From Nitrincola sp. (lineage in GTDB: Bacteria > Pseudomonadota > Gammaproteobacteria > Pseudomonadales > Balneatricaceae): 64,000 bases of DNA. Shown here piece after piece: positions 45,279 through 55,871 of this stretch. A program made the translations under genes and the position numbers. Below the pieces are notes generated by a model. The model ran no database searches. It saw only the letters and a list, made by a program, of their open reading frames with translations, and had not been told where the DNA came from. How positions within the stretch are numbered: position 1 is the first letter of the stretch; every line of letters starts with the position of its first letter. Location: the NCBI GenBank assembly GCA_021208565.1, contig JAJOJN010000098.1:313-64312 (forward strand). Direction: 5' to 3'.

Positions 45279-46535
45279 TCACTTGTAAACAGGGAAACGT
45301 GCGCAGATCTCTTTGACCTGAGTCTTCACCTGAGCAATCACTTCTTCATTATTGATATCGTCAAGGATATCACAAATCCAACCTGCCAACTGCGACACTT
45401 CCGCCTCTTTAAAGCCACGACGCGTCACAGCGGGTGTACCGATACGCAGACCTGACGTAACAAACGGAGAACGTGGATCGTTCGGAACTGAGTTCTTATT
45501 AACGGTGATATTGGCACGACCTAACGCCGCATCAGCATCTTTACCGGTAATATCTTTCTTGATCAGATCGACCAAGAACAAGTGATCTTCAGTACCACCA
45601 GAAACGATATCGATACCACGATCTAAGAAAACCTTAACCATCGCTTGTGCATTTTTCACAACTTGCGCTTGGTAAGCTTTCCACTCTGGCTCCATCGCTT
45701 CTTTGAAGCAAACCGCTTTAGCGGCGATCACATGCATCAATGGACCACCCTGAGACTCAGGGAAAACAGCGAAGTTGAGTTTTTTCTGTAACTCTTCATC
45801 GGCACGCGCAGACAGAATCAAACCACCACGAGGACCACCCAGAGTTTTATGGGTTGTCGTGGTGACCACATCAGCCAGTTGTACTGGAGATGGGTAAACA
45901 CCCGCCGCAACTAAACCAGCGATATGTGCCATATCAACAAACAGGTAAGCACCCACTTTATCCGCGATATCACGGAAACGCTGCCAATCCACAATACGTG
46001 AATACGCAGAGAAGCCTGCAATAATCATGCGCGGCTTGTGTTCAAGCGCCAGCGCTTCAACTTGGTCGTAATCGATTTCACCGGTTTGTTCGTTTAAACC
46101 GTATTGAACCGCATTGTAGATACGGCCAGAGAAAGATACCGCAGCGCCATGGGTTAAATGACCACCATGAGCCAAGCTCATCCCTAAAATTGTGTCGCCA
46201 GGCTTGCAAAGCGCCATAAAGACAGCGGCATTCGCTTGTGAACCAGAATGCGGTTGAACGTTTGCATAGGTCGCGCCGAACAACTGCTTAGCTCGATCGA
46301 TCGCCAAATCTTCGACAATATCGACATACTCGCAACCACCGTAATAACGCTTGCTTGGGTAGCCTTCGGCATACTTATTGGTCAGTTCAGAACCCTGTGC
46401 TTCCATGACACGTGGACTGGTGTAGTTTTCAGATGCAATCAACTCGATATGCTCTTCTTGACGCGTCGCTTCGGACTGCATAGCAGACCAGAGTTCGGGA
46501 TCGTAACCGGCGATAGTCATGGACTTGTTAAACAT
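45279..46535 (-). CDS. glyA: Serine hydroxymethyltransferase
   Basis: [24 protein letters not shown]; start ATG 46535. Confidence 0.97.
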   Translation of the reverse strand: MFNKSMTIAGYDPELWSAMQSEATRQEEHIELIASENYTSPRVMEAQGSELTNKYAEGYPSKRYYGGCEYVDIVEDLAIDRAKQLFGATYANVQPHSGSQANAAVFMALCKPGDTILGMSLAHGGHLTHGAAVSFSGRIYNAVQYGLNEQTGEIDYDQVEALALEHKPRMIIAGFSAYSRIVDWQRFRDIADKVGAYLFVDMAHIAGLVAAGVYPSPVQLADVVTTTTHKTLGGPRGGLILSARADEELQKKLNFAVFPESQGGPLMHVIAAKAVCFKEAMEPEWKAYQAQVVKNAQAMVKVFLDRGIDIVSGGTEDHLFLVDLIKKDITGKDADAALGRANITVNKNSVPNDPRSPFVTSGLRIGTPAVTRRGFKEAEVSQLAGWICDILDDINNEEVIAQVKTQVKEICARFPVYK

Positions 46536-46687
46536 GGGCTTCCTCTGAATGATGACCAAGTTAGGCGAGGTTTATATAAGCTCAGTGCACAAACGGCACC
46601 CCACCCTGAAAAAAAGAGGCACATTATAGTACAAAGTCTAGGCAGAAGGCACATGAAAGGCGATCATCTGTGCTTGAAAAGATTTGA

Positions 46688-47056
46688 TTATGCGTGAGCT
46701 TGTGGTGGTTTAATCAGAGACTCAGCCGGTATACCTAAACCTTTATGCAGCCGCCAAATCATTTTTAAAGTCAAAGAGCGCTTATGATTAAGAACTTCAT
46801 ACACGCGATTACTTTTTCCTATCATCGGCTCAAGATCTTTAACCGTCAAACCTTTCCGCTCCATCTCGAATTTGATGGCTTCTACAGGGTCTGGCAAATC
46901 CATCGGAAAATGCTTTGCTTCATACGCCTCGATTAGCGTCACCATAACATCCAGTCGCTCACCTTCGGGCGTATCTGGTTCGGCCATCATCAAATTTTCT
47001 ATTTCGCTTAATGCTGCACGGTAGTCAGCATCTGTTTTTATAGGCTTGATGTCCAT
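46688..47056 (-). CDS. higA: HigA-type HTH antitoxin
   Basis: MDIKPIKTDADY, IEAYE..DPVEAIKFEME, KRSLTLKMI. Confidence 0.9.
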   Translation of the reverse strand: MDIKPIKTDADYRAALSEIENLMMAEPDTPEGERLDVMVTLIEAYEAKHFPMDLPDPVEAIKFEMERKGLTVKDLEPMIGKSNRVYEVLNHKRSLTLKMIWRLHKGLGIPAESLIKPPQAHA

Positions 47057-47082
47057 CGTACTTACCTTTTACCTCAAAGCGC

Positions 47083-47385
47083 TTATATAGTATTTGCGTC
47101 AATTTTGTCATATTGCGCATGAGTCCCGATAAATCGTATGTAAACAACCCGATAGTGATAGTTGATCCATACCACCAATCGATACTTGTTTCCCGCAATA
47201 TTAAAAACCACTCGCCCATCTTTAAGAATACTGGCGCTTCTGAAGTCCTGCTTCACGTCAGCGGGTGAACTCCATTCAGCCAATAAAGCATGGCGATACC
47301 AAGCCAGCGTTGGCTCTTTTGCATCCATGTAATCAGGGTACTTTTCCCAGAAAGCTTTCAGCGTTGACAAGGCAATTATTCTCAT
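47083..47385 (-). CDS. higB: HigB-type toxin (RelE superfamily)
   Basis: MRIIA..L..FW, RVVFNIAGNKYRLV, IRFIGTHAQYDKI; toxin-first order. Confidence 0.92.
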   Translation of the reverse strand: MRIIALSTLKAFWEKYPDYMDAKEPTLAWYRHALLAEWSSPADVKQDFRSASILKDGRVVFNIAGNKYRLVVWINYHYRVVYIRFIGTHAQYDKIDANTI

Positions 47386-47392
47386 ACAATTG

Positions 47393-47421
47393 ATAATAAT
47401 CCCAAAATGGGACTAATGCAA
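47393..47421 (-). promoter_or_regulatory. higBA promoter with operator palindrome
   Basis: Minus strand TTGCAT-17 bp-TATTAT, with palindrome TCCCA-AAA-TGGGA (47400-47412) in the spacer. Confidence 0.75.
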
Positions 47422-47562
47422 ATCAACTTTCCAGCCAATAGAAGAGATAGTTGTTGAGCAGCAACACTCTCGTCCTTAAGTGGCAAATAAGGTAACATTT
47501 AGGTTAGATTTTATCGCACTCTAACTTAAGTACCTCAACAAAATACCTTAACGGAAAGTCTC

Positions 47563-49221
47563 ATGGCTCAATACGTCTATAGTATGAATCGCGTTGGCAA
47601 AATCGTGCCGCCAAAGCGTGAAATTTTGAAAGATATCTCCCTGTCTTTCTTCCCAGGCGCCAAGATTGGCGTATTGGGTTTGAATGGTTCAGGTAAATCA
47701 TCCTTACTAAAAATCATGGCAGGTGTTGACCAGGAGTACATTGGTGAAGCACGCCCTATGCCGGGCATTAAAGTCGGTTATTTACCGCAAGAACCCGAAT
47801 TGGATGAAAGCAAAACCGTTCGTGAAGTCATCGAAGAAGCGGTTGCCGACGTCAAAGGTGCGTTAGCAGAACTGGATGCGGTCTATGCCGCCTATGCTGA
47901 TCCAGATGCTGACTTTGATGCACTGGCTAAAAAACAAGCTGAACTGGAAAACCTCATCCAAGCGAAAGATGGTCACAACCTTGATAACGCTCTTGAGCGT
48001 GCCGCAGACGCACTGCGTCTACCACCTTGGGATGCTTCCGTGAAGGTATTGTCTGGGGGTGAAAAACGCCGTGTTGCACTCTGCCGTTTACTGCTCGATA
48101 ACCCTGACATGCTTCTGCTTGACGAGCCAACTAACCACTTGGATGCTGAGTCGATTGCTTGGATCGAGCGCTTCCTGCAAGAGTACCCTGGTACCGTGGT
48201 CGCCATTACCCACGACCGTTACTTCCTCGATAATGCAGCGGGCTGGATACTAGAACTTGACCGTGGACGCGGCATTCCTTACGAAGGCAACTACTCTTCT
48301 TGGTTAGAGCAGAAAGAACAACGCCTTGAGCAAGAAGCCAAACAAGAAGCCTCACACCGCAAGGCGATCAAGGCTGAATTGGAGTGGGTTCGTCAAGGTA
48401 CGAAAGGTCGCCAAGCCAAATCCAAATCGCGCTTGAAGCAGTTTGAAGAGATGAACTCTCGTGAATTCCAACAGCGTAACGAAACCCAAGAGATCTACAT
48501 TCCACCCGGACCTCGCTTGGGTGACAAGGTGATCGAACTGCACAACGTCACCAAATCTTATGAGGGTAAGCTACTGTTCGAAAACCTGAGCCTAACCATC
48601 CCTCCGGGTGCGATCGTCGGCATTATCGGTCCAAACGGTGCGGGTAAATCCACTCTCTTCCGTATGATTACGGGTGAAGAAAAGCCGGATTCAGGTGAAA
48701 TCGTGATCGGTAGCACCGTAAAATTGGCCTATGTTAACCAGTCTCGTGAACTGGAAGGTAATAAGACCGTCTTTGAAGAGATTTCAGATGGTCAGGACAT
48801 TATTACTGTCGGTACTTACCAAACGCCATCACGCGCTTACTGTGGCCGATTCAACTTTAAAGGATCTGATCAACAGAAGTTCGTGAAAGATCTATCTGGT
48901 GGTGAGCGCAACCGTTTGCACATGGCGAAACTTCTTAAAGAAGGCGGTAACGTCCTACTGCTCGATGAGCCCACCAACGATCTAGATGTTGAAACACTGC
49001 GCGCACTGGAAGAAGCGATCCTTGCTTTCCCTGGTTCTGCCGTGGTGATTTCGCACGATCGCTGGTTCCTTGACCGCGTCTGTACTCACATGATCGCTTA
49101 CGAAGGCGACTCACAAGTCACCTTCTTTGAGGGCAACTATACCGAGTACGCTGAAGATTATCGCAAGCGATTTGGTAAGGATCACCAGCCCGAGCGCATC
49201 AAGTACAAGCGGATGAATTAA
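47563..49221 (+). CDS. ettA: ABC-F translational throttle EttA
   Basis: MAQYVYSM..ISLSFFPGAKIGVLGLNGSGKS; two ABC domains; ELEWVRQ linker. Confidence 0.96.
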   Translation: MAQYVYSMNRVGKIVPPKREILKDISLSFFPGAKIGVLGLNGSGKSSLLKIMAGVDQEYIGEARPMPGIKVGYLPQEPELDESKTVREVIEEAVADVKGALAELDAVYAAYADPDADFDALAKKQAELENLIQAKDGHNLDNALERAADALRLPPWDASVKVLSGGEKRRVALCRLLLDNPDMLLLDEPTNHLDAESIAWIERFLQEYPGTVVAITHDRYFLDNAAGWILELDRGRGIPYEGNYSSWLEQKEQRLEQEAKQEASHRKAIKAELEWVRQGTKGRQAKSKSRLKQFEEMNSREFQQRNETQEIYIPPGPRLGDKVIELHNVTKSYEGKLLFENLSLTIPPGAIVGIIGPNGAGKSTLFRMITGEEKPDSGEIVIGSTVKLAYVNQSRELEGNKTVFEEISDGQDIITVGTYQTPSRAYCGRFNFKGSDQQKFVKDLSGGERNRLHMAKLLKEGGNVLLLDEPTNDLDVETLRALEEAILAFPGSAVVISHDRWFLDRVCTHMIAYEGDSQVTFFEGNYTEYAEDYRKRFGKDHQPERIKYKRMN

Positions 49222-50309
49222 TCCGCTAGCACAAACTGATCTCGGCCGCTGTTTTTGGCAACATAAAGTGCCTCATCAGCGCGCCGGATCAGATCTGATT
49301 GACTCTCACCTGGCTTTAACACAGCGACACCAATACTGGTCGTAAAATTGACCTCTTCACCACTGGGCACTTTCACCTTCACATCGCGGCAAATGTCTCC
49401 TATCTGCTTCGCCATAGCCGTAGCTTCAACAGCATTCATTTCTGGCATGACCATCAGAAACTCTTCACCACCAAAACGACCTGCTAAGTCTTTCTTTTTA
49501 CGTGCATGTTTTTTCAAAATATCCGCAAATTTCTTCAGTACAATATCACCTGCCGCATGACCGTAATTATCATTAAATCCTTTGAATTTATCTAAATCGA
49601 ACAGCAATACTGAGATCGGCTTTTTATGCTCTCGACAATCGCTGATATCGTTCTCCAACTGCTCTAACACTAATCGACGGTTCGCTAATCCAGTTAAGGG
49701 ATCTCGAGTCGCTTGGCGATACAAGATCAGCAACATATTCAATTGATTCACTGATGCCCAGCCAGCGACTATAGCTAACACCAGCAATAACCAGAGCGTA
49801 TTGATACCCGCTATCTGCCCAAAGGCACCGCTACTCAGTTGTGTAACCACTTCAACCAAGGTCAGCAAAAAGGTTAAACCGAACACTTCGATAATCGCTA
49901 AAGGGAAAATCGCCATCATGCAGATAATCATATAGGGAAAAAACTGATACCCAGCCACAGCTTGTTCATAGCCATGCAGGATAAGCACGCCGTTACAGAA
50001 GAGATGAAAAGCGGTCAGTAGCGAAAAGAGCAAGATCAATCGAATCAGTGCCAATCGCCTGCTATAGGGTTTTATCCACCAACTGAACAGTGCCAAAAAA
50101 CAAGCGCTGCTGATCAAACGAGCGATGGCGATCGGCCATTGCACATCGACAGGTAGCAACCACTGATCGATCAAAATCCACGCGCTTTGCAACACAGCCA
50201 GCAGTAAAGCAATGATTCGCACTCTTCGAAAAATATAGAAGCTTCGTGTATGCTGGAAATAATGCGTATGACTGCGAGCCGAAAACAACTCAAGAAAGGG
50301 ATACATCAA
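49218..50309 (-). CDS. Membrane-bound diguanylate cyclase (GGEEF)
   Basis: Multiple hydrophobic helices; DPLTGLANRR, DLDKFK..ND.YGH, RFGGEEF. Confidence 0.92.
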   Translation of the reverse strand: MMYPFLELFSARSHTHYFQHTRSFYIFRRVRIIALLLAVLQSAWILIDQWLLPVDVQWPIAIARLISSACFLALFSWWIKPYSRRLALIRLILLFSLLTAFHLFCNGVLILHGYEQAVAGYQFFPYMIICMMAIFPLAIIEVFGLTFLLTLVEVVTQLSSGAFGQIAGINTLWLLLVLAIVAGWASVNQLNMLLILYRQATRDPLTGLANRRLVLEQLENDISDCREHKKPISVLLFDLDKFKGFNDNYGHAAGDIVLKKFADILKKHARKKKDLAGRFGGEEFLMVMPEMNAVEATAMAKQIGDICRDVKVKVPSGEEVNFTTSIGVAVLKPGESQSDLIRRADEALYVAKNSGRDQFVLAD

Positions 50310-50496
50310 CTCACTCCTTTTCTTGCACCTAAAATAGAGATCATTTTTAGTGCGATAGTAATTATTTCATTAGGATAGCTGAGTCTTTAGATCCACACCA
50401 TCACTCATCAAATTTAGACTGACTTTGTTCAAATATTTGTACTAAACTGTCGTTATCTATAAGTAAGAACTCGACAGTCATGAGTAAGAATTCATC

Positions 50497-50883
50497 TTGA
50501 TGAGGTATAACAGAGTGAATAACCCCGAACAAGATCGCCGCCGCTTTACCCGTATTCACTTTGATGCTGAATGTGAAGTCCACTACCAAGGCGGCGCCAT
50601 TGTGATGCAACTGGTCGACATTTCGTTACGCGGCGTCCTACTGCAATTCGACCACAAACTCTCGCTTGAGATTGGCGACGAAGCGGAAGTAAACATCTAC
50701 TTGGCCAACGATGTCCTTATCCGCATGAAAACGCAGCTTAACTACACTCAACCACCCAATTACGGTTTTTTTGTTAAAGAGATCGACTTAGAGAGCATGT
50801 CGCATCTACGCAGATTACTAGAGCTGAATCTAGGTGACGAAGCCTTGCTAGAACGTGAACTTGAGCACATGGTACAAGAGTGA
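50497..50883 (+). CDS. PilZ-domain c-di-GMP receptor
   Basis: RRRFTR (RxxxR) and DISLRG (D/NxSxxG); start may be GTG 50515. Confidence 0.88.
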   Translation: MMRYNRVNNPEQDRRRFTRIHFDAECEVHYQGGAIVMQLVDISLRGVLLQFDHKLSLEIGDEAEVNIYLANDVLIRMKTQLNYTQPPNYGFFVKEIDLESMSHLRRLLELNLGDEALLERELEHMVQE

Positions 50884-50888
50884 TCAGG

Positions 50889-52274
50889 TTAAATCTGATC
50901 AAGCGCTTCAACCAACTTGCTAACACCTACGACCTCAATGCCCGGAATCTTTTCTCTTGGGACATTGGCTTTTGGCACAATAGCGCGCTTAAAACCGTGT
51001 TTGGCCGCTTCTCGAATACGCTCTTGACCGTTGGGGACAGGGCGAATCTCTCCAGACAACCCCACTTCACCAAATACGATTAGCTCTTGCGATAATGGCT
51101 GATCACGAAAGCTGGACACGATAGCCAACAGCAAAGCGAGGTCGGCACTGGTTTCTAACACCCGAACGCCACCCACTACGTTCACAAACACATCTTGATC
51201 ACCGGTCATCAGTCCACCATGACGGTTAAGCACCGCAAGCAACATGGCTAAACGATTCTGTTCAAGACCAACCGCTACGCGCCTTGGATTAGACAAATGC
51301 GAGGTATCCACTAACGCCTGCAACTCAACTAAAAGAGGGCGTGTGCCTTCCCAAACCACAATCACCACACTACCCGCGCTCGGCTCATCACCTCGCGTTA
51401 AGAAAATCGAGCTAGGGTTGCGCACCTCTTTCAGGCCATTTTCCATCATCGCAAACACACCCAGCTCATTCACCGCACCAAAGCGGTTTTTGTGGCTGCG
51501 CAGAGTACGAAAGCGGCTGTCCGACGAACCTTCCAACTGCAACGAACAGTCAATCATATGCTCCAATACTTTAGGTCCGGCCAGAGTGCCATCCTTGGTG
51601 ACATGCCCTACCAAAAACAGCACAGTGCCCGTCTGCTTAGCAAAGCGCGTTAAGTAAGCGGCAGACTCTCTCACTTGAGAAACCGAACCTGGTGCAGATT
51701 GGACATCGGCAACATGCATCACTTGAATCGAGTCAATAACGATCACCTTGGGTTGCAACTGCTGAGCCACATCACAAATGGTTTCGACCGAGGTTTCAGA
51801 CAGCATCTTCAGATGATCTGCTTTTAAACCTAAACGCGCCGCCCGCATCGCCACCTGCTGAAGCGATTCCTCACCCGTCACATATAAAGCGGGATAATGC
51901 CCGGCCAAATGACATAGGGTTTGAAGTAACAAGGTACTTTTACCCGCTCCTGGATGCCCACCGATCAAGACCGCTGAACCCGGAACCAAACCACCACCCA
52001 AAACACGATCCAGCTCACCTGTACCCGTCGGAATCCTCGGCATCGCCTGAAGATCCACTTCACTTAAACTGATGACTCGCTTATGCGCGCTAAGATTGGC
52101 ATCACCGGCATAGCCTTCAAACCGAGCACCGCGACTACCGGCCGAAGATGACGCAGTGCTCAACCTAACTTCAGTGAGCGTATTCCAAGCACCACAAGCG
52201 GTGCACTGCCCTTGCCATTTGGTGTAATCAGCGCCACAGTCGTTGCATACATAGGCGGATTTAGCTTTGGCCAT
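50889..52274 (-). CDS. radA: DNA repair protein RadA/Sms
   Basis: C4 zinc finger, GHPGAGKS, KNRFG, Lon-like C-terminus. Confidence 0.97.
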   Translation of the reverse strand: MAKAKSAYVCNDCGADYTKWQGQCTACGAWNTLTEVRLSTASSSAGSRGARFEGYAGDANLSAHKRVISLSEVDLQAMPRIPTGTGELDRVLGGGLVPGSAVLIGGHPGAGKSTLLLQTLCHLAGHYPALYVTGEESLQQVAMRAARLGLKADHLKMLSETSVETICDVAQQLQPKVIVIDSIQVMHVADVQSAPGSVSQVRESAAYLTRFAKQTGTVLFLVGHVTKDGTLAGPKVLEHMIDCSLQLEGSSDSRFRTLRSHKNRFGAVNELGVFAMMENGLKEVRNPSSIFLTRGDEPSAGSVVIVVWEGTRPLLVELQALVDTSHLSNPRRVAVGLEQNRLAMLLAVLNRHGGLMTGDQDVFVNVVGGVRVLETSADLALLLAIVSSFRDQPLSQELIVFGEVGLSGEIRPVPNGQERIREAAKHGFKRAIVPKANVPREKIPGIEVVGVSKLVEALDQI

Positions 52275-52418
52275 GAAGATTCTGTTCCTTGGTTTGAAGA
52301 CTTACATCAAATATATTTTTAACGCATTGTAACGAGTTGACAAAACAAAACCAAAATCTGCTACCTTATAAGGCACAGATCTAAAAAACATCCTAACAAA
52401 ATACAAAAGAGAATAACG

Positions 52419-53691
52419 ATGAAATTAGAAACCTTAGCACTGCATGCCGGTTATAGCCCCGACCCGACTACTAAAGCCGTGGCTGTTCCTATTTACCAAA
52501 CCACCTCTTATGCCTTCGACGATGCCCAACATGGTGCCGATCTTTTCGACTTAAAAGTCGCTGGCAACATTTATACCCGCATTATGAACCCAACCACTGA
52601 CGTTCTTGAGCAACGCGTTGCTGCGATGGAAGGTGGTATTGCTGGTTTAGCGGTTGCTTCGGGCATGGCGGCCATTACCTATACCATTCAAACCCTGGCT
52701 GAAACGGGTGATAACATCGTATCGACCAGTGAGTTGTACGGTGGTACTTACAACCTATTTGCACACACCTTACCACGCCAAGGGATCAACGTTCGCTTTG
52801 TGAACAAAGATGACTTTGCAGCTATCGAAGCCCAAATCGACGCTCGCACCAAAATGCTCTACTGCGAATCTGTCGGCAACCCATCTGGCGGCATTTCTGA
52901 CATCGAAAAACTGGCTGAGATCGCCCACCGTCATGGCATTCCTCTGGTGGTCGATAACACAGTACCCAGTCCTGCGTTATGGCGCCCTATTGAACAAGGT
53001 GCAGACATTATCGTCACCGCAGCGACCAAGTACATTGGTGGACATGGTAACTCCATTGGCGGCGTGATTGTTGATTCCGGTAAATTCCCATGGGCAGAGC
53101 ATAAAGACCGTTTCCCACTACTGAACACACCCGATGTTTCTTATCACGGTGTTGTCTATACAGAAGCTTTTGGCCCTGCTGCCTTTATCGGCCGCTGCCG
53201 TGTTGTCCCTCTTCGTAACATGGGAGCTGCACTATCGCCAATGAATGCGTTTTTACTGATTCAAGGGTTAGAAACACTCAGCCTAAGAATGGAACGTATC
53301 TGCGAAAATACTGAAAAAGTAGCAGCCTTCCTTGAAGCACATGATGCGGTATCTTGGGTCAATTACGCCGGTCTTGCCTCTCATAAAGACAACGCACTGG
53401 CACAAAAATACATGGGTGGCAAAGCGTCAGGCATTCTGAGCTTTGGCTTAAAAGCGGGTCGAGAAGGAACACGCCGCTTCTACGACGCGCTAGAGATTTT
53501 CCTGCGCTTAGTGAACATCGGTGACTGCAAATCTTTGGCATCTATTCCAGCTGAAACCACCCATCGTCAGCTGAATGATGAAGAACTAAAATCAGCAGGC
53601 GTTTCACCTGAAATGGTGCGTTTTGTCTATTGGCATCGAACACATTGATGACCTGTTAGCTGATCTGGAGCAGGCGTTAGCTAAAGTCTGA
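52419..53691 (+). CDS. metY: O-acetylhomoserine/O-acetylserine sulfhydrylase (apparent frameshift ~53622)
   Basis: AVPIYQTTSY, NIYTRIMNPT, TKYIGGHG; corrected end RLSIGIEHIDDLLADLEQALAKV*. Confidence 0.9.
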
Positions 53692-53720
53692 TCCCTTTTT
53701 CAGTAACCTCTAGTTCAGTA

Positions 53721-53800
53721 GGTATGGATTCAGTTACCCTTAGTTGACACGCCGTAAACCCATCCATGGGGGCTCGACTAAGGGTAACCCAACCCACACC
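53721..53800 (-). ncRNA. Internally deleted TwoAYGGAY-like element (single AYGGAY hairpin)
   Basis: Core GACACGCCGTAAACCCATCCATGGGGGCTCGACT inside inverted repeat GTTACCCTTAGT/ACTAAGGGTAAC; outer arm GGTATGGATT/AACCCACACC. Confidence 0.7.
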
Positions 53801-53947
53801 CAAACAGACCATAATAGATTCACCCAATATTGATGCAGTGTGCCTTTTTAAGTTCTATGATAAAAACTATATAGAGTCTTTTAAGAGGTATGATAAGTGG
53901 GTTTAACAAATACTATTCTGACAGATGTCACAGCTGGATTGACTCAA

Positions 53948-54607
53948 TTAAATTAGAGCCAAACGCTCAACCCGCTCTATCGCTCTGCGATGTTCGCTAT
54001 CCACCTGATCCATCGAACTGACACAGAAATTAAGATCCGTCAGTAACCCATCATGTAAGCCATAAATCCAGCCATGCACGGTGACATCTTGACCACGCGC
54101 CCAAGCTTCGCGCATTACGGTGGTGTTACAAACATTCTCGGCTTGCTCAATGACATTCAGCTCACACATACGCGCAAACTGTTCATCAGTCGCTTGCCAT
54201 TCGCCAACCAGATGACGATGTTTGTAGTAAACATCACGGATATGGCCCAACCAATTATCGATCAAGCCATTAGGACGAGTATCTAGGGCTGCTTTAACAC
54301 CACCACAACCATAATGACCGACCACCATCACATGTTTAACTTTGAGTACCTGTACCGCATATTGCAGAACCGATAAACAGTTCATATCGGTATGAACCAC
54401 TAAGTTAGACACGTTGCGGTGAACAAAAAGCTCACCGGGTAGTAAATCCACGATTTCATTAGCGGGAACACGGCTGTCAGAACAGCCGATCCACAAATAT
54501 TCAGGTGCTTGCTGAGCAGACAAGGTAGGAAAGAAATCAGGCGTTTCGGCATTGATTCGATTTGACCACTCACGATTTTTGTCAAACAAGGGTGCCAGAG
54601 TATTCAC
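53948..54607 (-). CDS. can: Beta-class carbonic anhydrase
   Basis: WIGCSDSRVP, FVHRNV, GHYGCGG. Confidence 0.95.
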   Translation of the reverse strand: MNTLAPLFDKNREWSNRINAETPDFFPTLSAQQAPEYLWIGCSDSRVPANEIVDLLPGELFVHRNVSNLVVHTDMNCLSVLQYAVQVLKVKHVMVVGHYGCGGVKAALDTRPNGLIDNWLGHIRDVYYKHRHLVGEWQATDEQFARMCELNVIEQAENVCNTTVMREAWARGQDVTVHGWIYGLHDGLLTDLNFCVSSMDQVDSEHRRAIERVERLALI

Positions 54608-54634
54608 GCCTGCTCTCCTTAATACTCTTTAATC

Positions 54635-55699
54635 TTATTGATGGTATTTAGCGCTGAGTTCATGCACGGCATCGACGAAAACACCCGCATTTTCAGGATC
54701 AACAAACTGATGAATGCCATGACCTAGGTTAAATACATGTCCCGCACCATGACCAAAACGCTCTAAAATATCAGCAACTTCGGCACGAATACGTGAAGCT
54801 GGTGCATAAAGTACCGAGGGGTCCATATTGCCTTGGAGCGCGACTTTGTCACCGACACGGCGTCGAGCATCATCGATGTTTGTGGTCCAATCCAAACCGA
54901 GCGCATCTGCACCAGCCTCGGCCATGGTTTCCAGCCATTGACCACCGTTTTTGGTGAACATAATCACAGGCACTTTGCGCCCTTCATGCTCACGAATCAA
55001 CCCTGCAACAATCTGACGCATATAGCGCAGTGAAAACTCCATATACATTTGCGGGCTGAGCACACCACCCCAAGTATCAAAGATCTGCACCGCTTGCGCA
55101 CCACAACGAATTTGCTCGTTTAAATAGTCAGTCACTGACTGAGCCAGTTTATCGAGCAAAGCATGAAGCACTTCAGGCGTGGCATACATCATCTGCTTAA
55201 TATGACGGAAGTCTTTGCTTGAACCCCCTTCAACCATATAGGTGGCCAAGGTCCAAGGACTACCTGAAAATCCGATTAAGGGAACACGACCATTCAGCGC
55301 TGAACGAATAGTGGTGACCGCATTCATCACGTAATCGAGATCACTGGCAGCTTTAGGCACAGGTAATGACGCCACATCAGCTTCAGTACGAATCACTTTG
55401 CGAAAACGCGGGCCTTCACCCGTTTCAAAATAGAGCCCAAGCCCCATCGCATCGGGAATGGTTAAAATGTCCGAAAACAGGATTGCCGCATCAAGATCGT
55501 AACGCTCTAAAGGCTGCAACGTGACCTCACAGGCTAATTCTGCATTTTTACACAGACTCATAAAATCACCCGCCTGAGCACGCGTGGCTTTATATTCTGG
55601 CAAATAACGACCTGCTTGACGCATCATCCACACGGGAGTGACATCTACCGGTTGACGCAGTAATGCTCTGAGAAAGCGGTCATTTTTGAGTTCGGCCAT
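54635..55699 (-). CDS. hemE: Uroporphyrinogen decarboxylase
   Basis: [22 protein letters not shown]. Confidence 0.98.
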   Translation of the reverse strand: MAELKNDRFLRALLRQPVDVTPVWMMRQAGRYLPEYKATRAQAGDFMSLCKNAELACEVTLQPLERYDLDAAILFSDILTIPDAMGLGLYFETGEGPRFRKVIRTEADVASLPVPKAASDLDYVMNAVTTIRSALNGRVPLIGFSGSPWTLATYMVEGGSSKDFRHIKQMMYATPEVLHALLDKLAQSVTDYLNEQIRCGAQAVQIFDTWGGVLSPQMYMEFSLRYMRQIVAGLIREHEGRKVPVIMFTKNGGQWLETMAEAGADALGLDWTTNIDDARRRVGDKVALQGNMDPSVLYAPASRIRAEVADILERFGHGAGHVFNLGHGIHQFVDPENAGVFVDAVHELSAKYHQ

Positions 55700-55871
55700 G
55701 GGTTCTAAATCCTGTCATCAGCTTTAAAAAATTGTGCCTATTGTAACCTGAACTGAAAAATATTTCTGGTCTAACAAGACGGAGTTTCTTCTGTTTTTTT
55801 CACTTGTGCTATGATGGAAAAAACGAGCGGTCACTCATCGTTACCCATAATGATAAATAACGTGAGCATTA

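Noticed and set aside
46536-46620. ZTP or glycine riboswitch in the glyA leader
   Set aside because: Conserved core motifs were not found.
52304-52324. Possible SahR/MetJ operator upstream of metY
   Set aside because: Only a weak half-palindrome in AT-rich DNA; no SAM riboswitch recognised either.
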